64,000 bases of DNA from Fibrobacterota bacterium. GTDB taxonomy: Bacteria > Fibrobacterota > Chitinivibrionia > Chitinivibrionales > Chitinispirillaceae. A program made the position numbers and the translations under genes. The notes below the pieces were generated by a model, which ran no database searches, was not told the origin of the DNA, and worked only from the letters and a program-made list of their open reading frames with translations. Each line of letters begins with the position of its first letter. Position 1 is the stretch's first letter. Positions 11,901 through 20,305 of the stretch are shown here, in pieces. The stretch is taken from positions 38,480 to 102,479 of the forward strand of contig JAEWVR010000019.1 in NCBI GenBank assembly GCA_023459055.1, in the 5' to 3' direction.

Positions 11901-12713
11901 GTCCTGTTCGCATCACCAACAGGAGAAAATGCGACATTTGCAATTAAAAAAATCACAAAAGCAGATCCTCAGCGTGGCATTGTCTGGTTTACAAAAAGTG
12001 ATGGATCGACTGATAGTTTAACCGATCTTCGAAAAGGTGAAGTTGACACGATGATTGGTATAGGAGATTCATTAGTACTTCCATATATAATCCCCGGTAG
12101 TTTTGTTGATGCCATAGGTAGCAACGCAAAACGTCCCTCATCGGTTATTATGAAAAATTACCAATCAAGCTGGCCGCTTACCACAGGAAGCACAATGTCA
12201 ACATCGCCTATGATTGCATTTACAAATACTAATACGACACCGGATCTTTTCGCCGTAACGACTGAAGGGTGGATCTATCGCTGGCAGCTTGCAAAAGATA
12301 TCCTTCCCGATTCAGTGTTCTGGGCGCAGTGCGGTTATGATAACGGCAGATCATGTGCATACGGTGGTGCACAGCTTTCTTCTCTTGTAAACGATAAAGA
12401 ACCGTTGTCGTTATTCAGCTATCCCAACCCCGCACTGATCAGGAAAAATGTTACTGATGTTGTCTTCAGATACAAATTCAATGGTCCGGCTACCAATGTA
12501 AAGCTTGAGATATTTACCTATTCCGGGTTTAAGGTTTATTCAAATTCAACCATGGGCAAAGCACCGGATCAGCTAAGTGGCAGCTACCCCGACTGGAACG
12601 AACTCAATGTTTCTGTTAAGGATTTCGGCCCTGCGGTTTATCGCTGCCGGATGGAAGCGAAAATAAACGGCAAGACTTATTCGCAATACTGGAAAATGGC
12701 AATCATAAAATAA
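8949..12713 (+). CDS. Large secreted protein (1254 aa) with FG-GAP-like repeats and type IX secretion C-terminal sorting domain
   Basis: Signal peptide. FG-GAP-like 'ITGDLDKDNASEIIVADS' and 'ADINRDGYLDIVAGGSNG' are present. The C-terminal about 90 aa, 'FSYPNPALIRKNVTDVVFRYKF...LEIFTYSGFKVYS', resembles a T9SS sorting domain. Confidence 0.6.
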   Translation: MIKSIRILFTGVVCAYSAVLSAALDSEIGIGLSGPYPFLLKSTSSKQLVETARDHQWSINFTRSNQADTIKLIAIRVQFQKDVSTLTTGNGLFFTTANLDNGDQDEKINYSTIEKNNDTLYKYDRLPHDSTYFALQLEMVKSYYKKVSKGKLIITSEIYPKSNNEVGYSVKDALPAYSPGGKKKKESYDDYYNRKTAGLMRFINDAIAAANDAKTNSPFANITYNASDKTFRDQAGHKTVFMIIHAGASYLTNGGDGRGKYNDTPSDLIDAFINRDFIKYYKDSLKLKTAGFPVNGKNGEMLLDEIMMCAETSNQDGLNWGIQGVLVNQIARQLGIPDLFSTSSGTSAIGSFCIMDFAGYSAGKGFIPPYPSAWVRAFMGWDNVKIASPGVRKNYQVKALTSVLDRDSATAAAYTGDDTTILLVPINDHEYYLVENRQRNLSGNKDLFKYDTTEDDNIVHIAEYPNNVNIEKNVVTTNNYRVIEKVNNNDISLPASGILVWHVDENIIRNRLANNFINADSLYRGVSLVEADGVNDLGITFSNAFYSAIYDYGGSEDIFPHQTTIKSELSTYDSIGPYTRPSTRAKDGGHTYLSMKIGTTSPVVNKELYYLSKNDGDHYITNFSDSVFNVQLKWDFSVDNWPKRAAPDQFLEPLVVDIDKTQPEKEFFLIGKSGRCYLWPSDTSVNPYNKKQTLVNRSDIFGSAVASADTVAYLDSIPNPVAMPSTVAGSIMIPSSNGKVYILKSVSVATGMILDTLRLNAIPSTTLCNYRDSSWAAGTTTGQIVFGKTFDTLHSVKLQSDSAVCAIAAVRELGAIAVMQIDGTLSLLSVNSTKADSTVKITTGIGPYTLITGDLDKDNASEIIVADSRHGIWVYNRNLTLAEGWTVEPNDLCNIYSYTAENVERRGANRALFPANTGLPSLADINRDGYLDIVAGGSNGIYAINYKGVLVYGWPAYLDKKYWYQKGAVNTSPVVVTGKSRDPLVLFASPTGENATFAIKKITKADPQRGIVWFTKSDGSTDSLTDLRKGEVDTMIGIGDSLVLPYIIPGSFVDAIGSNAKRPSSVIMKNYQSSWPLTTGSTMSTSPMIAFTNTNTTPDLFAVTTEGWIYRWQLAKDILPDSVFWAQCGYDNGRSCAYGGAQLSSLVNDKEPLSLFSYPNPALIRKNVTDVVFRYKFNGPATNVKLEIFTYSGFKVYSNSTMGKAPDQLSGSYPDWNELNVSVKDFGPAVYRCRMEAKINGKTYSQYWKMAIIK

Positions 12714-12732
12714 CAACATTGGAAAAATCATT

Positions 12733-15700
12733 GTGAAACTTCGACTACGCGCTCTTTTTCTCGTTCTTTTTGCAGTTACTTCTGTGTTTGCGGCAAAATT
12801 TAACGCCCATGGCTTAAAATTTCACACCGTTGAAACAGAACATTTTATTATTAGTTACATGGATGGAACCGGGCATCTTGTAAAAAAAGTTGCATCACGC
12901 TTTGAAGAACTATACTCGATTTACAGGCACACTTACAATATCGCACTGCCAAATAAGACCAATGTAGTGATCCTCGACAGTGATGAGAGTAACGGCTGGG
13001 CACTTCACTATACCAACACGATCACCCTCTGGACTCACGATTTTGATTTCAACATGCGCGGAAGCCATGACTGGTTCGAAGATGTCATTGCCCATGAGTA
13101 TGCACATATTGTTTCAATGTCATCAGCAATAAAAACGCCATCTGTTATATCCGATTTTCGAATTGGCTATTTTTCCCATCCTAACGAAGTAAACCGTGTG
13201 GAAGCGATTCACTCGTTTCCATCAGAGATGCTCCCGCGCTGGTTTTCTGAGGGTATCGCTCAATACGAGAGTACACGAAATAATGGTGATTCTTGGGATT
13301 CACATCGTGATATGATTATGCGATCACTGTCGCTTTCTAATAACATTCTCTCCTGGAATCACATGCAGGTTTTTACCGGTAAGGGTGATGATTATGAAAA
13401 AACATACAACCACGGTTTCTCTCTTGTTAAGTACATTGCAGAAACCTACGGTTATGACAAGGTTCCGGCCCTGCTGCGTGCATCCAGTAAATTGCCCCGT
13501 CTTACGTTCGACCGATCGATAAAGGAAGTGCTTGGTATCAGCGGAAAACGCTTATATGAAGACTGGAAAAAGCATCTTGAAAAGCACTACAAGGAACAGG
13601 TTAAAAACCTTGGAACTCAGGTGTATGGCAAAAAAATCAATAAGTATGGTTATGAAAACTTCTGGCCTCAGTTTACCCCTGACGGTAAAGGGATATTCTT
13701 TTTATCGAACGGTAAGAGCGAGTACGGACGCAAGATGATGTATCTGTATTCACTTTCTGATACAGTCAAGGAAGATGACAAAATTAAACTGGTCAAGCCA
13801 TTAGGTGGTTTTTACAGCATTAATGCCGCTACTGGTAAAATCTGTTATACATCACCAAAATCACGCAAATCGATTTTGCCACCGGAGCGTGGCGGTGAAC
13901 CGGTCCGTGATATTTTCATTGATACGATGCCATCAGGAAAAAAGCCAAAAGGGCTCTTTCATAAAAAAACTGAAAAACAGATTACCTTTGGCAAAGATAT
14001 TATGAATGCTGTATTTTCGCCTGATGGCAAAACATTTGCTGGAGCACAGCGTGATGTTGACAAATTCAGGCTTATTCTCACCGATACATCCGGTAAAATC
14101 CTGAAAACAATGTACCCTGTAGATACGACTAAAAATGATCTGTTCTTTATCTATACAATCGACTGGGCTCCTGATGGATCAAAAATTGCATTCAGCTACT
14201 TCGATTATAAAAACCGTAAAGTTGCAATCTTTGATACAACAACAAAAAAATGTGAGATCATCTGTGATACCGAGCACGATGAGCGTGATCCCCGTTTCAG
14301 CCCCGACAGCAAACACCTCTATTTTTCATCCGACAGAACCGGTATTTTTAACATCTACCGGTATGAATTTGCATCAGGTAAACTGGAGCAGATCACTAAT
14401 GTAACCGGCGGAGCTTTTGCACCATCAATTTCGCCTGACAATAAAAAACTTGTCTACGCCGGATATGCCAAGGAAGGATACGGAATTTACTATATCGACA
14501 ACATCGTACCGGTTACCGCCGCTGACTCAGCCACAGTGCACCCAACGGTTACGGAAAAAGGATATACACCGGAAGAGCCATGCACATTGTCAATATCAAC
14601 ACCACGAAAATATTCACGAATGCCGCGTCAGTTACTTCTCGTTCCGACATTTTTCGCAGAACAGGCTGTAACAGAAACAAACAATGTCAACAAAGGCAAA
14701 ACTGTTTTTAAAACAGGATTAATTTTCAATCTTATTGAGCCGCTTACTTTATCAAATCTTGGAAACGAAATTGACGGGTACTTTTTATTCGAACCAAAAC
14801 ATTTTCCCATTGACCTGAACCGAGGATTCTTTAATCCCGATGCCAATTACGATATTGGCCTTATAGGAACTACCCATGCTCTTCCTTTTGATATCTCCAT
14901 GGATTACAGTTTACGGGGTATAGCTGGTGTTGATACATTTTACAATGAGGGAAGAGATGAGATTGATGAACTCCCCTATAATGTACAGTATCAGAAATTA
15001 AATCTGCAGGTTTCTCATTATTTCTTTAAAAGTCTCAATCAAAATACGACACTTGCACAAGGCCCCGGAGCACATCTGCTCCTTGGCGGCAATATGACTG
15101 ATGTTAATGTGTACATTGACAGTGTGGTAGATTTTAAATACACACTTGATCAAGGGTTTCGTTTTGGTGCTATGGCAACGACGGGTAAAATCGGCATGAA
15201 CAGCAGGAGTACGATCTCACCTGAAGGCCATGTATTGAAGCTTCAATACACCTATAATACCATGCTTGCACTAAAGGAGGAAAACAGTTTTAATCAGAAT
15301 AAGGAACGATTTGACAAGTACACGTATCATGAGATACGGGGTCACCTGAAAATGGGTATACCAACACCATGGTATAAAAAACATGATTTCCATATTGATC
15401 TTAATGGTGTTACTATAGAAAATACGACAAAAGGTGACACACCGCTGCCATCATATTTTCAACCGGCCGGATGGTTACCCGGTTACTCCTATTTCTACAA
15501 GTCCCAAAAGACAAAAGCTATTAAAACAAATAAAGACTCCATTGTATCATTTGATACACTCGTCCTTACCGGCAATACAGTTATCCAGGGTGAGTTCTCG
15601 TACAGATTCCCATTATGGAAAGGGCTAATTGACAAAAGATTTAGTTTTATCTATTTCGATCAGCTCTATGGTGCATTTAACATTTCAGGTGGTGCGGCAT

Positions 15701-15942
15701 TTGATAATCCATCCGATATCCGGGATCTTGGACGTGATGATGTCTTACTGTCTGTTGGCGGAGAGATCAGACTTGAGACAAAAACATTCAGCTCATTTCC
15801 AATGGCAATCAAACTCCGTTACGATCGCGGCCTTGACAGAGACAGACCAATCGGCGGGGACCGTCTGACCTTTACATTAGGGTATGATTTTGACAACTGG
15901 GGAACGGTACTCTCACCCGATTATTCACGGCAGAGGCGGTAG
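12733..15942 (+). CDS. Secreted HExxH metallopeptidase-like domain + TolB-like beta-propeller repeats + C-terminal barrel-like region (1069 aa)
   Basis: Signal peptide. 'HEYAHIVSM' is an HExxH motif. Repeated 'FSPDGK', 'WAPDGSKIAFS', 'FSPDSKHLYFSSDRTG' and 'ISPDNKKLVYAGY' are typical of TolB/WD40-like propellers. Confidence 0.5.
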   Translation: MKLRLRALFLVLFAVTSVFAAKFNAHGLKFHTVETEHFIISYMDGTGHLVKKVASRFEELYSIYRHTYNIALPNKTNVVILDSDESNGWALHYTNTITLWTHDFDFNMRGSHDWFEDVIAHEYAHIVSMSSAIKTPSVISDFRIGYFSHPNEVNRVEAIHSFPSEMLPRWFSEGIAQYESTRNNGDSWDSHRDMIMRSLSLSNNILSWNHMQVFTGKGDDYEKTYNHGFSLVKYIAETYGYDKVPALLRASSKLPRLTFDRSIKEVLGISGKRLYEDWKKHLEKHYKEQVKNLGTQVYGKKINKYGYENFWPQFTPDGKGIFFLSNGKSEYGRKMMYLYSLSDTVKEDDKIKLVKPLGGFYSINAATGKICYTSPKSRKSILPPERGGEPVRDIFIDTMPSGKKPKGLFHKKTEKQITFGKDIMNAVFSPDGKTFAGAQRDVDKFRLILTDTSGKILKTMYPVDTTKNDLFFIYTIDWAPDGSKIAFSYFDYKNRKVAIFDTTTKKCEIICDTEHDERDPRFSPDSKHLYFSSDRTGIFNIYRYEFASGKLEQITNVTGGAFAPSISPDNKKLVYAGYAKEGYGIYYIDNIVPVTAADSATVHPTVTEKGYTPEEPCTLSISTPRKYSRMPRQLLLVPTFFAEQAVTETNNVNKGKTVFKTGLIFNLIEPLTLSNLGNEIDGYFLFEPKHFPIDLNRGFFNPDANYDIGLIGTTHALPFDISMDYSLRGIAGVDTFYNEGRDEIDELPYNVQYQKLNLQVSHYFFKSLNQNTTLAQGPGAHLLLGGNMTDVNVYIDSVVDFKYTLDQGFRFGAMATTGKIGMNSRSTISPEGHVLKLQYTYNTMLALKEENSFNQNKERFDKYTYHEIRGHLKMGIPTPWYKKHDFHIDLNGVTIENTTKGDTPLPSYFQPAGWLPGYSYFYKSQKTKAIKTNKDSIVSFDTLVLTGNTVIQGEFSYRFPLWKGLIDKRFSFIYFDQLYGAFNISGGAAFDNPSDIRDLGRDDVLLSVGGEIRLETKTFSSFPMAIKLRYDRGLDRDRPIGGDRLTFTLGYDFDNWGTVLSPDYSRQRR

Positions 15943-16042
15943 AGAGGTACACTAAACGCCACTATACTGACGGCCCCCTCAATCCCCGGGACTTAAATAA
16001 TAATTGCAATGTGATAAAGAAATTTATCGGTGAAAGATGAGC

Positions 16043-16095
16043 CCTCCCTGACGGTCAGGCCTCTGAATTCCGAACCCCGATCGTCAGGGAGATGG
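16043..16095. terminator. GC-rich hairpin between convergent genes (likely bidirectional terminator; member of the CCCTCC palindrome family)
   Basis: CTCCCTGACG ... CGTCAGGGAG forms an inverted repeat with a loop of about 28 nt. It lies between the + strand gene ending at 15942 and aroD ending at 16139. Confidence 0.4.
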
Positions 16096-16138
16096 GTGAT
16101 TCAAGGTAGTGCCTGGACTTAAAGAAATCAATTTGGTC

Positions 16139-16834
16139 TCACGCGAAGTACAACCCGATCTCCTCAACCAGTTTCTTTGCACTTAATTGACCCGGTGCGA
16201 CTGGCTTCTCAATGAATCCATAGGTAAACAAAGATCCGAACAGCGGAGCAATCACCCTTGAGATTGTTCCGTGAGATCCCATTGCGATGGTGACAACCGG
16301 TATAGTGCACTCCTGTGTAAAAGTAAACAACCGGCGGACATCATCGCGACTGTTTGCCATCACTGCAAGCTTTACAATATCGGCACCCTGATCAAGGGCG
16401 CGTTTCACCATATCGTTCATCATATCATTTGATGGCGTTTTATTGTAGTCATGCTCCGAAACGATTACTGTTTTACCTTTTGCGAAGCCACGAACCTCGT
16501 TTGAAATCGGTGTGCCGAGCTCAAGATCAATGCTGTCAACAAACGGCATAATCGCTCTGAAAATGGCGATACGATCCTTTGATGTCCACTCGTTTTCACG
16601 CACCGTTCCGATCATCGGAAGCGCAGCTTCACTCTTTACTTTTTGAAGATATGCGACAATAGTGTCAAGTGGTGTCTTGTAACAATCAATGCGCATTTCA
16701 AACATAGCTGCACCAGCCTGCTTTACATCAAGAATCTTTTCCACACAGAAAAGTTCATCAATAACAGCAACGACCTTCGGTTCTTTCCCAAGTAAACAAC
16801 TGCCGATTGATAGCATTCTATTCTCCGTTTGCAT
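16139..16834 (-). CDS. aroD: 3-dehydroquinate dehydratase, type I
   Basis: 'VVAVIDELF...AGAAMFEMRIDCY' and 'TVRENEWTSKDRIAIFRAI...SIDLEL' match the type I DHQase TIM-barrel family, and the length is typical. Confidence 0.7.
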   Translation of the reverse strand: MQTENRMLSIGSCLLGKEPKVVAVIDELFCVEKILDVKQAGAAMFEMRIDCYKTPLDTIVAYLQKVKSEAALPMIGTVRENEWTSKDRIAIFRAIMPFVDSIDLELGTPISNEVRGFAKGKTVIVSEHDYNKTPSNDMMNDMVKRALDQGADIVKLAVMANSRDDVRRLFTFTQECTIPVVTIAMGSHGTISRVIAPLFGSLFTYGFIEKPVAPGQLSAKKLVEEIGLYFA

Positions 16835-16841
16835 CCGTTTT

Positions 16842-16896
16842 GCCTCACCCCCCCGACCCCCTCTCCAATAAGAATTGTAGAGGGGGAGCTGGAGGT
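16842..16896. repeat. GC-rich palindromic repeat unit (GCCTCACCCCC...CCCCCTCTCCA-loop-TAGAGGGGGAG)
   Basis: Near-identical to the unit at 22032-22078. It forms an imperfect hairpin. Confidence 0.7.
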
Positions 16897-16952
16897 TAAT
16901 TGTGATCAGTCTTATTTCAATTCGATATAGTATGTAACAGGAAAATAAGGAT

Positions 16953-17027
16953 CTACTTCTTCACTTCCTTACTTCTTCACTTCCTTACTTCCTTACTTCC
17001 TTACTTCCCTATTTCCCTACTTCCCTT
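16953..17027. repeat. CTTCC-rich microsatellite (CTTACTTCC / CTTCACTTCC units)
   Basis: About 10 tandem copies of a CTTCC-containing unit in the aroD 5' region, immediately 3' of the SP-lyase-like gene. The complement is GGAAG-rich, like the repeat at 56233-56335. Confidence 0.8.
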
Positions 17028-17994
17028 TAATCATTGCTTCAGCTCTTTTATCAAGATATGCCACCAGCCCATCAGGTATTCTCGGTCTCATACCGCTGTC
17101 GTCCCAGACTTCAGGGCTTTCCATGCACATGTAGAGCGTTATACCATTGTGCATTGCATCAAATTCTTCCCGCATTGCACGGTACATCTCTGTTCTGACC
17201 GGCCTGAAATAGCGCAGTTTTCCATCCGCTCCGTTAATCATTTCACCCGAAAACAGGGGTACGTGCAATCCATTTTCCTTTAGAAAGGACTTCAGTGATG
17301 GCATCGTGCGAAAACCGCCCATACTGACATAGGCTATCTTTTCCGGTTTGCTGATATAATCAAATATTTTCCTGACCACCATCCGGTATTCATCAAGACT
17401 CTGTTCATACCGGAACATCGGATCAAAATGAAACGCCACATAAAAGCCCATCTCTACGCACCTCCTTGCAGCATCAAGCCGCGAATCAAGCGGTGCAGTC
17501 CCGCGCTCCATCAGTGCAATCATCGCCGGTGTATTAAGAGAGAATCCGATAATCACCCTGCCTGGATCTTTTATCTTACTAAGATTTCCGATATTGGTAC
17601 TTTTTGTCTTATATTCAATCACCGCGTTATACGGCTGTAACAACGCTGCGATCTTTACTGAAAATTCTGTCTGATGATCGAGATAGAGGCTGTCACCAAA
17701 TTCTCCAGTGCCAAACCGGACTATTCCTTTTCTGCTTGCCATTTTTTCATGTAGTTCCCGTTCAAGATCACCGAAATTATCACAAATTGTCTGTCCATGA
17801 TTTTCAAAATATGCCTGAAGCACACAGTACCGGCAGTACATGCCGCAACCTGTTCCGGGTGTAATAATCTGGTAGCCACAGCAATAGTACGGCGCATTTG
17901 TCCCCGGACAGGGTTTCCAGAACTCCCCCTGAAATGTTTTGTTACTTATTCGCTGACGCTGCTCTGCGTTAGGAATTTCACAGGTTTTCATCAT
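17017..17994 (-). CDS. Radical SAM protein, spore-photoproduct-lyase (SplB)/DNA-photolyase-like family
   Basis: 'GCGMYCRYC' is a CxxxCxxC cluster. The length and surrounding conservation fit the SP-lyase-like family. Confidence 0.55.
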   Translation of the reverse strand: MMKTCEIPNAEQRQRISNKTFQGEFWKPCPGTNAPYYCCGYQIITPGTGCGMYCRYCVLQAYFENHGQTICDNFGDLERELHEKMASRKGIVRFGTGEFGDSLYLDHQTEFSVKIAALLQPYNAVIEYKTKSTNIGNLSKIKDPGRVIIGFSLNTPAMIALMERGTAPLDSRLDAARRCVEMGFYVAFHFDPMFRYEQSLDEYRMVVRKIFDYISKPEKIAYVSMGGFRTMPSLKSFLKENGLHVPLFSGEMINGADGKLRYFRPVRTEMYRAMREEFDAMHNGITLYMCMESPEVWDDSGMRPRIPDGLVAYLDKRAEAMIKGK

Positions 17995-18279
17995 GTGCGC
18001 ATACTCTTCTGCTAAAAAGCTAGTAGTGTATCATCGATTTCCGTCAGACAGCATCCGCCAGAACAATTGTAAAAACCGTCTGATTTGTAACAGAAAATAC
18101 AAAATTAACGCTGCTCTTATTGACATTTTTTTAAAATTCGTTGCATGATTAAAGCATACAGGCGTTTTTAGAACTTGCGTATATTATTTTAAATTCTTCG
18201 ACAGTTTGCGGCAATGCCTGTATTTGACAATTATTTCGGGCCATAATCGTAATGCTTATAAAATCTGGAGGGTATTTAT

Positions 18280-19011
18280 ATGACTATTAGCAAATTTGCA
18301 ACAGCGACACTTTTTCTCAGCCAGCTCTTACTTATTTCAGTTATTGGTGCACCAATGATCAGTGTGGATTCATCAGACTTTGATGCAGGTCCAATGTTTC
18401 AGGGTGATGTCAAAAAAGTGGAACACACCTTTATTATTAAAAATACCGGGGACAGTACCCTCACAATCAGCAAAGTGAAGGCATCATGTGGCTGTACCAC
18501 TGTTGGATACGACTCAATTATTGCCCCGGGAAAAACCGGAAAGGTAATTCAGTCAATTGACTTAAAGAGTATACACACCGGTCCGTTCAAGAAAAACATG
18601 ACTATCTATTCAAATGCAAAAAATACTCCGGAGCTTGTGGTAGCACTTGGTGGTACGCTCAAGTCATATGTGACATTATCAAAAGAGAGTCTTCAGCTTG
18701 TCTCTGCAGATCAGAAACCCTTTACCGATAGCCTGACATTATCTACAGAAAAAGCAGATCTTGCAGTTACATCAATATCCTTTAAAATGTATGATTCAAA
18801 CCAGGGAACACCCGCATGGCAGGCGGATCTTGAACTTTTTCCGCAGTATAAACTTACAAAAGTTGAAAGCAGTGACAAGAAGCTGTCTGTTTACAAACTA
18901 ATAGTTTCTCATACAGTAAAGGAAAAGGAGCCGAGGTTCGGTGATTTCACCATCACAACAAATCATCCGAAGGTTCCTGAAATAAAGCTGCCGGGAGCTA
19001 TAGCGAATTAA
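18280..19011 (+). CDS. DUF1573 domain protein (secreted)
   Basis: Signal peptide. 'KNTGDSTLTISKVKASCGCTT' is the DUF1573 hallmark. Confidence 0.6.
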   Translation: MTISKFATATLFLSQLLLISVIGAPMISVDSSDFDAGPMFQGDVKKVEHTFIIKNTGDSTLTISKVKASCGCTTVGYDSIIAPGKTGKVIQSIDLKSIHTGPFKKNMTIYSNAKNTPELVVALGGTLKSYVTLSKESLQLVSADQKPFTDSLTLSTEKADLAVTSISFKMYDSNQGTPAWQADLELFPQYKLTKVESSDKKLSVYKLIVSHTVKEKEPRFGDFTITTNHPKVPEIKLPGAIAN

Positions 19012-19074
19012 AATGATCAGGCTCAGATCATTCTGATTTGACACTACCGGCATACTCAACAATACGAGAATACG

Positions 19075-20028
19075 ATGTCATACAAATATCTTTTTGGTCC
19101 AGTGAATTCACGTCGCCTTGGTATCTCTCTTGGTGTGGATATGGTTCCTTTTAAAACCTGTTCACTTAACTGTGTCTATTGTGAATGTGGTGACACAACG
19201 GTGTTAAGTTGTGACCGTAAAGAATATGTCAGTTTTGATGCACTGAAAAGTGAGCTGACCGACTATCTTGCAAAAAATCCGAAACTTGACTATGTGACTT
19301 TTGCCGGAAGCGGAGAACCAACACTGAACTCATGCCTTGGCAGGATTGTTAATTTTGTCAAAACATCGTATCCACAGTACAAGACCGCACTACTTACCAA
19401 TGGCACACTTTTTTATGATCCACATGTTCGCCGTGATTGTCTGAATTTTGATCTTATCTGCCCTTCCCTTGATGCAGTTTCAGATGAAGCCTTTGCAGCA
19501 GTTAACCGTCCGGACAGGGCACTGGACAACAAAAAGGTAATTGACGGACTTATACAGTTCGCGCATGAATATAAGGGTGTTATGTGGGTTGAGGTATTTA
19601 TCGTACCGGATATCAACGACACAGAATCTGAATTGAAGTTATTCAAGGAAATGTTGACAAAAATACAACCTCAGCGGGTGCAGCTCAACAGTCTTGACAG
19701 ACCAGGAGCCTGCGACTGGGTTACCCCGGTATTACCACAAAAACTTTCTTACATTGCTCAGTACCTCTCTCCTCTTCCTGTTGAAATCATTTCACGCAGT
19801 GGTTCGCGTCCAAAATCAGAGATTACAGGAGCGGATCTTGAGGAAACAGTTTTAAGCCTTATCCGCCGGCGACCATCAACACTTGAAGAGCTCTCGGTGA
19901 TCGCGGGAAAAACAATAAACGAGATCCATGCTGCACTTGACAATGTAACTGCTAATGGTACTGCTGAAACATACTCTGTTAATGATAAGTTATTTTACAG
20001 GGTGAGAAAGATCTCTGCAGAATCGTAA
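19075..20028 (+). CDS. Radical SAM domain protein
   Basis: 'CSLNCVYCECG' is a CxxxCxxC motif. A glycine-rich SAM-binding motif, 'FAGSGEPT', follows. Confidence 0.65.
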   Translation: MSYKYLFGPVNSRRLGISLGVDMVPFKTCSLNCVYCECGDTTVLSCDRKEYVSFDALKSELTDYLAKNPKLDYVTFAGSGEPTLNSCLGRIVNFVKTSYPQYKTALLTNGTLFYDPHVRRDCLNFDLICPSLDAVSDEAFAAVNRPDRALDNKKVIDGLIQFAHEYKGVMWVEVFIVPDINDTESELKLFKEMLTKIQPQRVQLNSLDRPGACDWVTPVLPQKLSYIAQYLSPLPVEIISRSGSRPKSEITGADLEETVLSLIRRRPSTLEELSVIAGKTINEIHAALDNVTANGTAETYSVNDKLFYRVRKISAES

Positions 20029-20305
20029 CCAATTGAATCCTGGCCTGGTTAACCCGGTGGTTTACAACCGGGTGTTGTCTGTATTGTAGACATTTTTCAT
20101 TTTCGATATTACAGGTTGATTCCAGTGCTGTAACTTATTATATAACAATATTTTATAATTTTTTACCATCGTTTGGATGCAATACTTTTGTACACAACTT
20201 GTGTACGGAAAAGGCCACGGACTTTCAGTATTTCCATAGAGTTTTTCAATGTATCTTTATATTTGGGACAGATAAGGTACAATTTTCATTTAAAAAGGAG
20301 TTTTA

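Noticed and set aside
16953-17027. Possible CRISPR array because of short direct repeats
   Set aside because: The units are 9-10 bp and contiguous with no unique spacers. This is microsatellite structure, not a 28-37-bp repeat/spacer organisation, and no cas genes are present.
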